NCBI GenBank assembly: GCA_012295275.1
Contig: CM022679.1
Coordinates: forward strand, 22,196,001 to 22,260,000
DNA length: 64,000 bases
Direction of reading: 5' to 3'
DNA from: Chrysomallon squamiferum
Lineage: Eukaryota; Animalia; Mollusca
In this document: positions 13,501-26,624 of the stretch, piece after piece
Layout: every line of letters starts with the position of its first letter
How positions within the stretch are numbered: the stretch's first letter is position 1
Translations under genes and position numbers: made by a program
The notes under the pieces: generated by a model
What the model was told of the DNA's origin: nothing
Seen by the model: the letters and a program-made list of their open reading frames with translations, nothing else
The model's database searches: none

Positions 13501-16497
13501 TTTTGAATTTAAAACAAATAATAAGAAAAAAAAAAAAAAAAAAAGAAAAAGAAAAGAAAAAAAAGTTAAGTATAGTAATATTTTTTGTGGAAATGAATAT
13601 AAAATAATTAGTTAAAACTTATTAGTTAATAAATTAATTTATTATGACAACAACTTTAAAGAAAAGTATTAACAAACTGCATATTTAATATGTTATTTAC
13701 TAAAATATTTTAAATGTTAAATAGTAACATACTGTCTTTTTATAATTATAGTGTTATATTTTTATAATACTAATTAACTGAAATTGTCATAATTAAAATC
13801 ACCTTGATATTCTGGTGTTTGCAACAGGGCTTCTTTGTCTTCTTCTTTCTGAAAAACAAAAATTAATGAAACCAATAAACCAATAAACCAATAAACAAAT
13901 AAACAAATAAACAAATAAATAAATAAATGGTACATGAGCTAACTGATAACAAAAAAAGAATAGGATGTACAGACAAAGATAATTTTAAAAATCAAAAAAA
14001 AACATCAACTCAAAATCACATATTTAAAAACTCAAAATAACAAAATTAAAAGAGGTAAAACAAATAGAAAAAAAGAAAAGAAAAAGAAATGAAATAACAA
14101 AAAATAAAATAACTCACCATGTCTAGGGGAGGCACTTTTCTGGAGAAGACTTTCATACGTCCTCGGAACGTCTTGTTGATAATACTGCTGTTCAGTTTCT
14201 TTGTTCCGTTCAGTGCAGAGTGCAGAGCATTCAACAACCAAGACAGAAAATCTATTGGATCTCCTGAGAACATTTTTAAAAATGTGAAATATTTATCTCT
14301 GTATAATAATGTAAGTAGCATGACAAAAAAAAGAAAAAAGAAAAAAAGAAGGAAGATATCTTCTTAGTGTTATCTTCTAATACTTGTTATATTATTATTA
14401 TACTTGGTTAAAGACTAATTTATGCTCATCATTAAAAAAAAATCACCAGAAAGCATATATACATTTAATATATATCTTTATAAAACATAATGATACTTCT
14501 GTATTACCTTACATATCAGTAAGATAAACATGTATGCAAATATTGTATTTAAATATCATCAGTTACAAATAACTGTTTTATAAGACTGAACCAAAGCCAG
14601 AAGGGTTTCTACATCAGTATCTTCATATACATGTGTATTCACTGATACAAAATATTTCTGTTAACAAAACTTTAAATATATAATTACATTATTATGACAT
14701 TATTATTACAAATATAAATAATTTAAATCCATTATTTACTATGCAAATATATATTTATAACAAAAAGATATCCAATTTATCCTGCTTCCAGAAAGCAGAA
14801 AATCCAGAACACCAGCTGTTTATGAAATGAGCTACTTTTGAATTGGACAGACACTGTTTTAGGTTAAGTTAAGTGATCCTATCATATTAAGTTATTATTT
14901 CTTTAACCTTCAGTTTACTCTCATTATAACTTATCATCATGTTTAAAAGACTAGCAGAAATCTAACACTAGTGAAAAAAAAATATTCATTACAAGGTATT
15001 TTAAAATTTTAAATTAATAAATATCTAATTTGCTTTAGAAATGTATTAATTAGTAAAATTAAATAAACTTTCATTGTTTATTTTATCTTTTACACAGTTT
15101 GTCAGATAAATGGTTCAATATCTGCATTAAGAATAAATAAAAAAAACATCATGCTACATGCAACTATATAAACATTAAAATCTAAATTATCATAAATATA
15201 TAGAACACATGATGTAATATGCAAATATTTAAATATAACAATCTAAATTATCATAAATATATAAAACACATGATGTAATAAACAACAATATAACTATAAC
15301 AGACTAAATATTATAAATAAATATCAAAAATACATGTATGATGTAATACGGAACTATATATAAATACAACAATCTAGATACTATAAATAAATAAAGCTCT
15401 ATGAACCTTGCTCTGTGATCTGAAATTTCTTCTTGCTGCAGAGTACCACTGCCTGAAGCATTTCATGGGGGCTGACGTGTGCTTTGAAGTTGCGAGGGTT
15501 CCAGAGTTTTCTCAGCAGCTCTCCGAATCGCTGCACGAGCAGGAAGGCCTGATCACCTGGTGGTCGTTTGATGGTCTTGTAATTACTCTCTTGAAGAAAG
15601 TAGTTCCTCAGTGGCACCACATGTGACAGTGCCTATAGTCAAAAAAAAAAAAAAAAAAAAAAAAAATCATTTGTCTTGAGAAATTAATTGTTGTGTCTTT
15701 CTAATGAATATGTTAATTTGAAAATAATGCCAAATTTTCTGGTGTTGGGATATTTAATGTAAAAATGAAAGTTTTAGTTTTTAAGCATAAAGTTCATACT
15801 TTAAATTTGTTTAATTAACAATTTAATTATAAAGGGTAGATATATAAATCATTTTCTTTTTTACAAGCTGTTATAATTTCTGTACTTATTATTTGACTTA
15901 TTACCACTACTTTGACTACATATGCATTTCACACAAATGTATTAATAAAACCATCCAAGTTTTATTTTCCTTCCACTCACCTGAAGCACTACATTGCAGT
16001 AATCATTTGCCTTGATGTTGTTTAAACCCACAATACCTGTTAAAAAAACAACAACACTTTATTACACAAACATTCAAAATATGCTTTAAACACTCTAGTT
16101 ATTTTAAAAAAATAATAGCAAATGAAAGTAGAAATAAGAAGTACACTGCATACTAGTAATTTTTATTTTTTTTTAAATTTATTTTTTGTTACAATCCTGA
16201 AACAAAGTAGATTGATTGATCTGTCTGCCTGTCTGTCTGTCTCTATCCATCTATCTATCTATCTATATAAACACACACACACACACACAAACATTCAGGT
16301 GTCCTATTCATACCTGGTAGGTAGGTGGTACCATCATAGGCGCGAGACATTTTGGGGTTTGAATCAAGATTCGTTATTTGTTCATCAGTGAATGTTGGGT
16401 TCAGGACATACTGAAATTAAAAGTAAAAAACAAACATAAAAACAAAACACCAACACTGTTCTAGCATATGTGATATAAGATTATTTAAACTTTTTAC

Positions 16498-16529
<32 letters not shown>

Positions 16530-18503
16530 ATGTTTGTACTCTAAATCATATATTTAAGAAATGATGTACTTTCTTTTGATAAACATAAAATGCATATATT
16601 AGCTTAGTTCATTTAAACATACTATAATGTAATTTTCCATATATAACAAATAACTGCTATTTAAACACAAATTTGGAAACCAACTACATTATGGCTAATG
16701 TAATAATTTATTAAATCTGTAAGTTTCAACAGAAACTGCATATGAAACCTCTAGATGAAATTTATCCAGTCTTTCAGTCTAATAACTATAAAATCAACAT
16801 CTCATACAAAGAATTATGAATGTTCTTAAAATTTCTTTTTTACTGTTAACAGCCAAGACAGTTCCCATCAAAATGAAACAATAACATAGAATTATGAAAA
16901 AACAAAATTAAAAAAGCGTCTCTCTCTCTCTCTCTCTCTATATATATACTGAATCAGCTTATTGGTATATATCAGTTTCATTATTTAAAAACATAAAAAA
17001 ACAAAAACAAAATAAAAATAAAAATAATAATAAAAAATAAAAATAAAAACATAAATAAAAAAATGAATAAATTAAAATAAATAAATAAATAAAATGAAAT
17101 AAAAATGAATAAAGAAAACATAAAATGTTTATCTCACAATGATGTCTTCGAGTGAAGAGTCAATAATCTCATAGTTATCAGGCAAACAGTAGAATTTCTG
17201 AGTCTGAAGATTAAGGAAAACATGGTGACTTTCAAACACACTGTGAATGTAAGCATGAGTGTTTGGTCCTCGGCCTGCAAAATAAACAATACTTCAAAAA
17301 TTACTTCCCACAAAAACTATAGATATTTAAACAAAAATAAATATCTTTATTATAAATAATATAATGCTATATGTTAAATTATTAAATATCTGAATGAAAA
17401 AAACAAAAACAAATCAATTTATATTAAACTGGAAAATAAAATATAAAGTGATACTTATGTATTGAATTATAAATTTTATGTACACACAGAAATGTGACAC
17501 CCTCACACAAAAACTACACAAGTTCGGACTTGATTATATCTTTAATTTCTCTGCTGATTGTACAACATGATACAACAATAACAGTAAAACATTACAAATG
17601 ATCATATTGTAACTATATTGCAGAGAATTGGCTCAAACATCTTTCTCCCTTGCCAGATATTCTCTCTTCTCTCTGGAACTCTCTTTCACCACAGTCATGC
17701 AGATAACATTTCACACCTCTGACCAATACTGGCAGACCATTACTATCCTGGGTTCCTCAAGAAAGCATGAGTGACAGTGTTTACCCTGTATTAATGTCCC
17801 AGTTGCCTTGGAGGAATTTCCCAAGTACTTTATATTTAAACAAGGAGAAATAAGCCTAAGATGTATTAATGGTGTTTATGTATCTTTAGATTATGCTTGG
17901 TGCTTTTAGTTCAGTCCCTGACATAAAATTAATAATAATAATAACAGTAATTATGATGCACACACACAAAACACATATGACAATGAAAAGCTTATTCATT
18001 TAAACTATAGGAACACTTACCTTGAAAATATTTTCCACAAACAAGGCAGGCATATACATTGATATGTGACAAAGAAACAGAACACAACTTTTCAAAATCA
18101 AAATCCAAGATAGATCTACAAAACAGAAATCATTCATACTTTATTTATAGAAGTAATAAAAAGAAACTCTGTTAAATATCTGAATATATTATTATTGTTA
18201 TTGCTGTTATTTTCTACACTGTACAATAAGTGACTTATTTAATAACATTAACAGAAGTGACTTTTGTCTTAACTGAAATATAAAGCTGTGTATTACCTGT
18301 TTATTTTGTCTAGATATGGGCATGATCTACTGCGATCTATCTTTGGATCTTTCACAGGCACTAAAAACAAGATGAAACATTTTACATGGTTCAATCAACA
18401 ACAGTTTTTCAACAGTAATTATTCTGTCTTGGAGACAAATTAAACTTAGTTTACTTACACCATATTAAAACAAACAAACAAACAAACAAACAAACAAACA
18501 AAA

Positions 18504-18554
<51 letters not shown>

Positions 18555-19059
18555 ATATTTGTTACTCTGTTATTTCAATAATTAGTAGAATATTGTCAAG
18601 TGTATTAAATCTAAATTTTCAGCATTAAGGAGGATACACGTAAGAACAACCAGCACGGTGCACCTGTTCAAAACGTTTCCAAATGTTGTTACATTTTCAT
18701 GATTTTGCATATATTTGTAAATGGACATATTCCACGTAGTTTGTATTCCTATATTTCAATATTACAACAAGCAGCATAAAAAAAAGCAAGAAAAAAAAGC
18801 GACAATAACTGATAAATGTGAAAATAAAATTAGTTGCCGGTTGAAATCAGAAAATAACGAAGAACTAGCCTACACACAGCCATATTTAACACAGATTGCA
18901 TGATAATGTAAATGACAGAATACGATAAAATGTTGGCATACCAATTTCCTCATAATCTTCGGCTTCTTCCTTACGTTTACGTGCTTTCTTTGGTGTACTT
19001 TTTTTAATACTCGATTTTGAAGATTTGGAAGAACGCTTTTCCTTCGCATCATTAGCCAT
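10530..19059 (-). CDS. USP39: U4/U6.U5 tri-snRNP-associated protein 2 (USP39/Sad1), ZnF-UBP plus catalytically inactive USP domain, ~531 aa
   Basis: 14 phase-compatible GT-AG exons: 19059-18942, 18360-18297, 18115-18021, 17274-17138, 16410-16314, 16036-15981, 15632-15407, 14263-14118, 13848-13803, 13442-13219, 12825-12764, 12012-11871, 11586-11500, 10625-10530 (1596 nt incl. TGA). Diagnostic motifs: CPYLDKINRSILDFDFEKLCSVSLSHINVYACLVCGKYFQG, GLNNIKANDYCNVVLQ (Asp in place of the catalytic Cys), LWNPRNFKAHVSPHEMLQAV, EKNPTIVNFP, WYELQDLHV. Confidence 0.98.
12020..12480. repeat. ~60-bp minisatellite (~8 diverged units) in USP39 intron 11, next to the exon-12 acceptor
   Basis: Recurring unit resembling AAAATAGGAAAATTAATATACAAAAATAAATAGAGAGGACTTGATTTTAGAA.TACCAGT. 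Confidence 0.8.
15145..15390. repeat. ~60-bp diverged tandem repeat next to the USP39 exon-7 donor
   Basis: Recurring AATCTAAATTATCATAAATATATA.AACACATGATGTAATA. Confidence 0.65.
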
Positions 19060-19293
19060 TATTTTTCTTCTGGTGTAATTTTCTCCATCGGCTGAAGTAT
19101 ACTTTAAACGAACAGAGATTTATAGCTATAGTAGAACCATAGTCATTAATTGTGACTCGCTATACTGTGAGATTTTCAACAGAATAACAAAAATATAATG
19201 TAAGCATTTCTGTGAATTAAATTTGGCAATAAAATAAAAATGTCTGCTGTTATCATTTAAAATACTTTGACTAAAAATTAATAAATTAATCGA

Positions 19294-19343
<50 letters not shown>

Positions 19344-19931
19344 TGATGATGATGATGATGATGATGATATTGACAAAGGTGGTGTGATGTTTTTGTTTGG
19401 AAGTATAAAAGACTTTTGTCACCTTTATGGATTCAAGTCATTTGCACTGAAGCTTCCGATGTAAATGATGGCAAAATGAATGTACTTTATTTTCATTATT
19501 AGGGTTTTCGGGAATTCTTTGCAAATGAAGAAATTTTCGTTATTTAATACTGTAACTGATTACCTAACTGAAAACGAAAAAGGTTATTAACGAAATTAGT
19601 AATAAATAAAAACTAATAAGAACAAAACTATTACTTACATAACTATTCATCTATTGTGTAGAAATGTGTGAAGCGTTTATTACATGTATTTGTACTGTCT
19701 GTCGATAGACTGAACCAGCAATAATATCCAAGAAGTTTGGTTTGGAATCCGGATAAGCAGAAGCACAGTTCCTTGTTTCAGTGCCAGTTAGACTAACTCG
19801 TATTTTGATGACGTTTACGCAGGATGTTATATCAAAGACAGGTAGAAAATGCATCTACGAAGGAAATATTAGATATTTTATGCAAAAGCTAAAATTATTA
19901 TTTACCATTCAAATGGTGAAAATAAGCAGGA
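19060..19931. promoter_or_regulatory. Bidirectional promoter/5'UTR region shared by USP39 and the C2orf68 homolog
   Basis: 872 bp between divergent start codons; CpG density is higher here than in the flanking gene bodies. The TSSs cannot be placed from sequence alone. Confidence 0.7.
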
Positions 19932-20498
19932 ATGTCAGAAGCCTCCAGAAGATTGGATTTAAATCATGGTTTTATGAAATGTATTATAAGAAATCAAGTT
20001 GACAGGTAGTTGTCAGACGTAGAGTTTTAGACTGAGACTCGTTTTCGCTTTAATCATGAAGTATAAAGTTGTGGTATTATACGAACTAGAATATTTAATA
20101 CATTTATTATTATTTAAGAACATAAAGTTGTTTCGCTAAGATAGGACAACAGTGCAAATATAGTTATTTTCACAAATTATATATATTTTACACTTTATGC
20201 CATACTAGGTGTTTTCATCGAGGAGGAGTTAACTCTTTAAAACATTTATGGCATATCTGCAGAATTTGATAGTAATATAAATTTCATATAGAATTATGTG
20301 TTATTTCTTTTAATTCTCTTAAGTAAAGAGTAAATAGCAACAACAATAAAATAAATTCCCATCATTGAAATATTAGTAAAAATGTCTAATTATACAAGGG
20401 TTTTTTTCAGATATTTTATTTATATATTTATTATAAAAAATATAAATAAATATTTCCATTTTATATATATATATATAATTAAATATTTAACATTATGT

Positions 20499-20530
<32 letters not shown>

Positions 20531-21563
20531 AAATTCATAATATTAAATATTTTATTTTTATTATTACATTTTTTAAAGAGATAACTATGACAAAGATGTA
20601 AAAGCAAGATTAGCCAAAGAAAATCACAAATTGAAACATCCTTCTCGACCAAAGAAACCAGATGTTCAAACCTACATACCTCCAACACGACAAAGAAAGG
20701 GTATTTTTCTGATTATTTTGTTGTAGTGTTCTATTTTTTTGAAGACAGTAATATTTTATAAAATAATATCACTTATTTTATAACACTGTATAATATTACA
20801 GTTATAAAGTTTTAGGTATTATAAAGATTTATTTTTTGAATTTATTATGAATAAGTAATAATAATAAAATAAATATTATGATATGAAAGTTTAACATAAA
20901 TAAATAAAAATTCTTTATAGGGAAAGAAGAACTCTTTACACTGAAATATGAAGACAGAGATAAACAAGTTTATAGCTATATTGTCTATAAGGTATTTCCA
21001 TACTAATTTTGTTACTTAGAAAAAAACAAAAACCAACAGTAAAAACAAATTCTTTTTAATTGTTTCATAATTTTCACTCTGGTTATTTTACTGTTCATTT
21101 TGATTCCTTCTTAGATTTATTCTCTGTATTGTCAGATTGTCTCTCTTGTGTCTTGAGCTGTTGAGGCTGTTGCTTTTAATTTTCAAATTTAATTCTCTCC
21201 CTATCACCATACTTTAGCTTTTCCCAAAATAAAATATTTTTTATTATTGTAACTAAAATTTGGTTCTTCTCCTATCTTTGACTGTATCTATTTGTCTGTC
21301 TCTGTCTCTGTTTCTGTTTCCTCTCTTCTCTATTCTTACAGTTTTCTTTATCTCACATTTGTTTGAAATGTTTTGTTATGTTGTATTTGCAACCACCACT
21401 ATTTTAAACATCTCTTTTCAAACTACAACAGAATGACAAGGCTGAAGCAGTATCCAGAAAGATTGGTGAGGAAAGAGGACTGTCAAAACCATATGTCCAG
21501 GCTCTCACTGAGCGCATCTCTGAAGAGATGGACAAAAGACTTTCTCCCATTGACAACGGATAA
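19932..21563 (+). CDS. C2orf68: UPF0561 protein C2orf68 homolog, 132 aa
   Basis: 4 GT-AG exons: 19932-20005, 20579-20700, 20921-20991, 21432-21563 (399 nt). Translation MSEASRRLDLNHGFMKCIIRNQVDRDNYDKDVK...PSRPKKPDVQTYIP...LFTLKYED...IVYKNDKAEAVSRKI...ALTERISEEMDKR follows the human C2orf68 motifs as I recall them (RLDMNHGFVHHIRRNQIARDDYDKKVK, PTRPRKPDLQVYLP, LFCLEYE, ALKLRIQEEIAKR). Confidence 0.92.
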
Positions 21564-21883
21564 ACCCCAGTAATGTTTTTCAGATCTAGTCCCTAAATGA
21601 TTTACTCTTGTGGCAGTTCCCAATGTCTGTAAGCAGATAATTGTACTGATGAATCTGAACCCAGCAAACTATTTTTAATCCATGTCTTCAAGAAGGTTTA
21701 ATTCAGAGTATTATAATTTTATTAGCGAATTAAATTCAAGATATCAAAATAGCTTTCTGATCCGATCTTGTCAATAATTCATGTGCCAAAATATCATCAC
21801 CATTGTGCTTTGTTTTAATGACATCATGAGCCATTAAAATGTTTGTTGTTTCATGTTTTTGTATGCTAATGTTTACTGTATCA

Positions 21884-22167
21884 ATAAATATATAAATTTA
21901 ATTAAAATTTTAAGTGTCACATAGATTATGATTAAAATTAATGTGACACTGAAACACCCGTGACAGAAAAAAGCTCCAAAATAAAAATAGTAAAACAAAA
22001 AATAATAATAAATACTACTAATTGAATGTCTCAGATAAATATATAAATTTAATGAAAATTTTAAGATTATAATTACAATTAATGTGACATTGAAACACCC
22101 ACGAAAGAAAATAAAAATAATAGTAAAACAAAAAATAATAATAAATACTACTAATTGAATGTCTCAG
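21884..22167. repeat. ~140-bp tandem duplication downstream of the C2orf68 stop
   Basis: 21884-22034 and 22035-22167 both run from ATAAATATATAAATTTAAT to AAATACTACTAATTGAATGTCTCAG. Confidence 0.85.
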
Positions 22168-24923
22168 GCATTCTGGCTGTTAAAAAAAGTTTTGTTTAAC
22201 TGGCATTACTCCACATATTGATTAATCATGGATATCCATGTCTCCATCCGGTTTTTATTTTTATATATATAAAGTTAAATGATTTGCATCTAGATGCATA
22301 GGTTTATAATGAGACAAGAGCATTGACATGGTTATTATTTGAAGTAGTTATCATTTGTTCTAAGTTTTGGATTTTTCACAGGCAGTAGATTAAAAACCTT
22401 TTGACTAACAATTTAACTTGCATTGAAATATTTTAACTTTGTTTAATATTTTAATATTTTCTTTTTAAACAACTAACTTTTGTGGTGTTTGAAAAACTCA
22501 AAAACCATAAATATTGTTAATAATGTATTCTAACCCTGATGGTTAAACTTCTTTTTAGGTTGTTCTTCGTATAATTGTTTTATAATCACGAACAATATAC
22601 AGGTAATAATTTATTTTAGATCCATATACTTGAAAACATCTAATGATTACAATATTTTTAATAGAAATTTAAAAAAAATTCCATCAGAAGGGATTTTACT
22701 GAAATGTCAGTAATGAATGACAAATTATTTTAATTAAAAATAATAATAGTAATGTTGGTTCCAAAAAGATACTGTCGGATGTAAAAATGTTGTCAAACTG
22801 TAAGATATGAAACTAGCTCATTGGGCAGATACCAGTGTGGAATTTTTATATATAAACCTCTTATTGGAAACTAACATGGCTTGGTTTAGTTGAAAACACA
22901 CTGTCCCAGCTGCTTTGCACACATTAAGAACTTATTTCATATCCCATTTTTTATTTACAATCTACAACACTTTGTTAGTTGTACATTTTAAAACTGCTTT
23001 TATAAATATCTACATTTTTTTTTAATGTCATTGTTTTAGTAGTATGATTGTTAGTAAATACATACAACTGTATAAAAATTTCTTGTTCATGTTTATATCT
23101 ATTAATGAAATCATGTGCTTGCAGCATTTCATTTGAAATGATTATTTTATTTAAAAATAAAGGATTAATTTAAAAAAAAAAAAAACATTTCTTTTTATAC
23201 TTAGATATCCGATTCTCTGCAACTTCAGAGTTAAAACTGAATCATTGTACAGTGAGAATGTAAGTCTTTTACTTAAAAAGAAGAAAAAAGTGATTAGAAA
23301 CAATTGCTCATTCATCTTTTTGTTTGTAAACAATTTTGCTGTTTTGCTGTGTGCTTTACTATTGTATTTGCTTTAATTTTGCTTCAATTTCAATTTTTAT
23401 TTTTTGAAAATAGCAAATAAAATGAAGTCAGGTAGTGAAAGAAACTATGCTGACTGACTTGTTTAATAATACGTGATATTTTTTGTGTTATTGCTTGTTT
23501 ACTTACTTACCTTAAAAAAAAAAAAGAATCTATCCCCATAAACACAAATAACATAGGTTTACGTAACTTTTACATGCACAGTATTGCCATCTGAGATGCT
23601 CTTTTATCTGCCCTGTGAAACACAGAAGTTAAATAAAATGAGCAAATACTGTTTTCGTATGAACATGATTTTATTAGATAATATAAAAATAATACTTTTA
23701 TAAATTTTTAATTTTTTTTTTAATGATAACAACAACCACTAAGAAACTAAAATGTTTAATATAAAATATGATACTCTTTTTTTGCTTTTTATAAAAAGGT
23801 TACATCAACATTATTTACATTATGTACATTATGAGTTCTGAAAAAAAGAAAAAGGAAAAAAGAAGAGAACTAAATAAAAGTAACTTGTTAAAAAAGAAAA
23901 AAATTATGAATAGTAGTTAATATAGTATCCATATTTAATACAGCAAGTAACTAGTTATATTTACCAGCCCTTGAAATAAATGGTTAAAAAATTGCTGGCC
24001 TTTATTCTGGACTAGAACCCACTATAATCTTTCCATTGGGTTGCCAGTTAATTGATATGTATTTTTTAAATTCAAATAATATTGGTACAAATGAACAAAT
24101 TTATCTGAGAACCCAATAAATAAAACTTATGGTGTTGCTGGTGGAAAAAACTGACAAATGAAGTAGATGCACACAACAGAATGGTTGTATTTTCAATGGA
24201 TGCAAGCAGTTTTTGAATAAATTAATATGGGCAATGGTAACAGATATATCTTTAAACATATGATGGAATATCTGTAGAGGTATAGTCAATCTAAACGTAA
24301 TAGTGAAAAATGAATTGCTGAACATGAAATGTGCTGAATTATTTCTCAGAGATATTTCAGAAAGGATGTTTAACAATTTTAATTATTTACTGTTATAAGA
24401 TGTCAAACATAATTTTGGTATAATGATGTGAAAAAGAAAACTTGTTTTCATCTGTCCATGAGATACACTTTCTGTTAAGGATCTTTTACCAGCACAGATG
24501 AAAGAACATGCCAGTTTTTGGTAATAAGTCATGGAGAACTGGCAGGAAGCAATAGAGAGGTCTGGAAACTGACCAAAGTATTTTTTGAGACCTTAAAATG
24601 TATCAGAAAATCAAAGTACAGGTACACCACCAAATTCCCTTTAGTCTGGACTTTTTTACATGAAGGAGGCATTGTGTGTAGGGTGTGTTTATTTACATTC
24701 TAAAGGCCTCTGTGAAATTCTTAGCTTAGTTTGCTTGAATTTAACCCTAGCTATGGCTTCTAAGACAAATGAGATTATCATTCATGGTGTGAAAAGTAAA
24801 CACCAGTCCAATGATCCAACATAAAGTACAACTGTTGAAAAAAATGTTCCGTCTTGTTTCGGTATGAAAGATGCACAAAATCTACAGTACTGCTTCATGT
24901 GTTTATGAATTACATGATCACAG

Positions 24924-25004
24924 CTGACCTGGCAAAATGGCTGATCTTGGCTATGGGTAACCAAGCCTGACCTGGCAAAATGGCTGATTTTGGCTATGGG
25001 TAAC
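24924..25004. repeat. Near-perfect tandem duplication with a 43-bp period
   Basis: CTGACCTGGCAAAATGGCTGAT(C/T)TTGGCTATGGGTAAC starts at 24924 and at 24967; one mismatch. Confidence 0.9.
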
Positions 25005-26587
25005 TTATGGACAATTTGCTGTAAACAAAATTAACTTTAAAAAATCTGATTCTCCATTCACTTTCACTGCAGACAGTATGATGGTACATTTCATGGAAGT
25101 AACAAAGAAGCTAACAGCAATAGTTATTTTTATTTTTAATTAAACATAAATAATTAAACTATGCTGAACTGAAAAATGTTGATATGATTCATCACCCATC
25201 AACACCAGAAGCTGTGGATGTTCAGAATTAATATTCATTACTCTGTGAACTGGGATATGTATTTAGGAGTGCATTTGTGATAGGCTACACAAATTGTATA
25301 TAAAATATATTCTGTGAGGTCCATTAAATGTGAATTCAAAGACTCAGATGCCAAACACTGAAAAGGAAAATGGCATGCACAAAGCTTTAATAGGATGTCA
25401 TCAGCAATAACTGTCTCATCAACAGAGTATGTTTTTGGCAGCAGCTTAAATGACTCAATCTGATTGGCAATGTTTCCTCAGTGCTGATGATGCTTTGAGG
25501 GAATTTTCAACAGACATCACAGCAAATGGAGATTACAGTAGTAAATGTAACTTGAATTTACGTAAAATATTAACAGTTCAAGTCACTTGTTATTACACAA
25601 TGGTGAGGTTAGATTTTCTGATAATAAATGTTGTGTTACTTCTGTGAACAAGTATTTTCTAATTAAAAATAACCGATTTTAGCTTCTTACAGAAAGTAAC
25701 AATCTTTTATTTTTTGTCTTTAATTTACTTTTAAATAAAAATGAAATGTAACAGAAATGTAATATCTATGGTCAACATTAATATAGATTCATTTCTTAAA
25801 AAAAAATAAAAAAAGTAAAAAAAAAAAAATATAAAAAAATATAAAAATACAAAGAAATTTAACACAAAAGAAAGTAAAACATTTTAAAATTTCTTCATTA
25901 AAATTACAACAAAACATAAAACATAAAACTCATTTAAAATCTTAAGTAAGTATTACCGAGCTGAGAAAAATAACAAAAACAAAAATGTAATATTAATAAT
26001 AATGGAAGAACAGGAATTAACTCTTCTTTCCTACGCCTAAAGTAAACAACAGCACAATATGATAGGCAAAATATCTTTCTCATCAAGTCAACACATATAT
26101 TATTTTTAGTAAATAGAGTAATAAATTTCAAAGAAAAATAAATTACCTAAGAAAATATGAAATGATATTTTGCATATCAAAATAAAAAATTAAATGAATG
26201 CTAAATGCCTGAATTTAAAAAAAAAACTTTATTACTTAATTATTTTTAAATATATATATTTTTTTATTATCATAATCACTTAATTCATTTGTTAAAAAAA
26301 TTATCAATATCAATCTAATTATTCATTTATGAAACAAATTATAATGCAAAGAATGATTCAGGTTCAATGCAATTAATTTTATATAATCCACAACGTTATG
26401 AAAATTAACTTTTGAATTTTTTCTTTTTTATTTATGTTTATCATCATTATTACTCTTACAAATTTATAAAATAAAGATTAAAAAAAAACTGAATCAAAAT
26501 CAACAAATTTCCCAAAACAACCCTAAAAAAATAATGAAAAAAAAAAAGTAAAAAAACCCATCTAAAATAAAAGAAAAATAAAAGAAA

Positions 26588-26624
<37 letters not shown>

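Noticed and set aside
15981-16036. Missing catalytic Cys in the USP Cys box (ANDYCN)
   Set aside because: A known family-wide property of the USP39/Sad1 pseudo-deubiquitinase; not novel.
19781-20002. ORF-track ORF 19781-20002 (and 21373-21573) as the plus-strand gene
   Set aside because: Wrong frames; the C2orf68-like exons overlap them in other frames.
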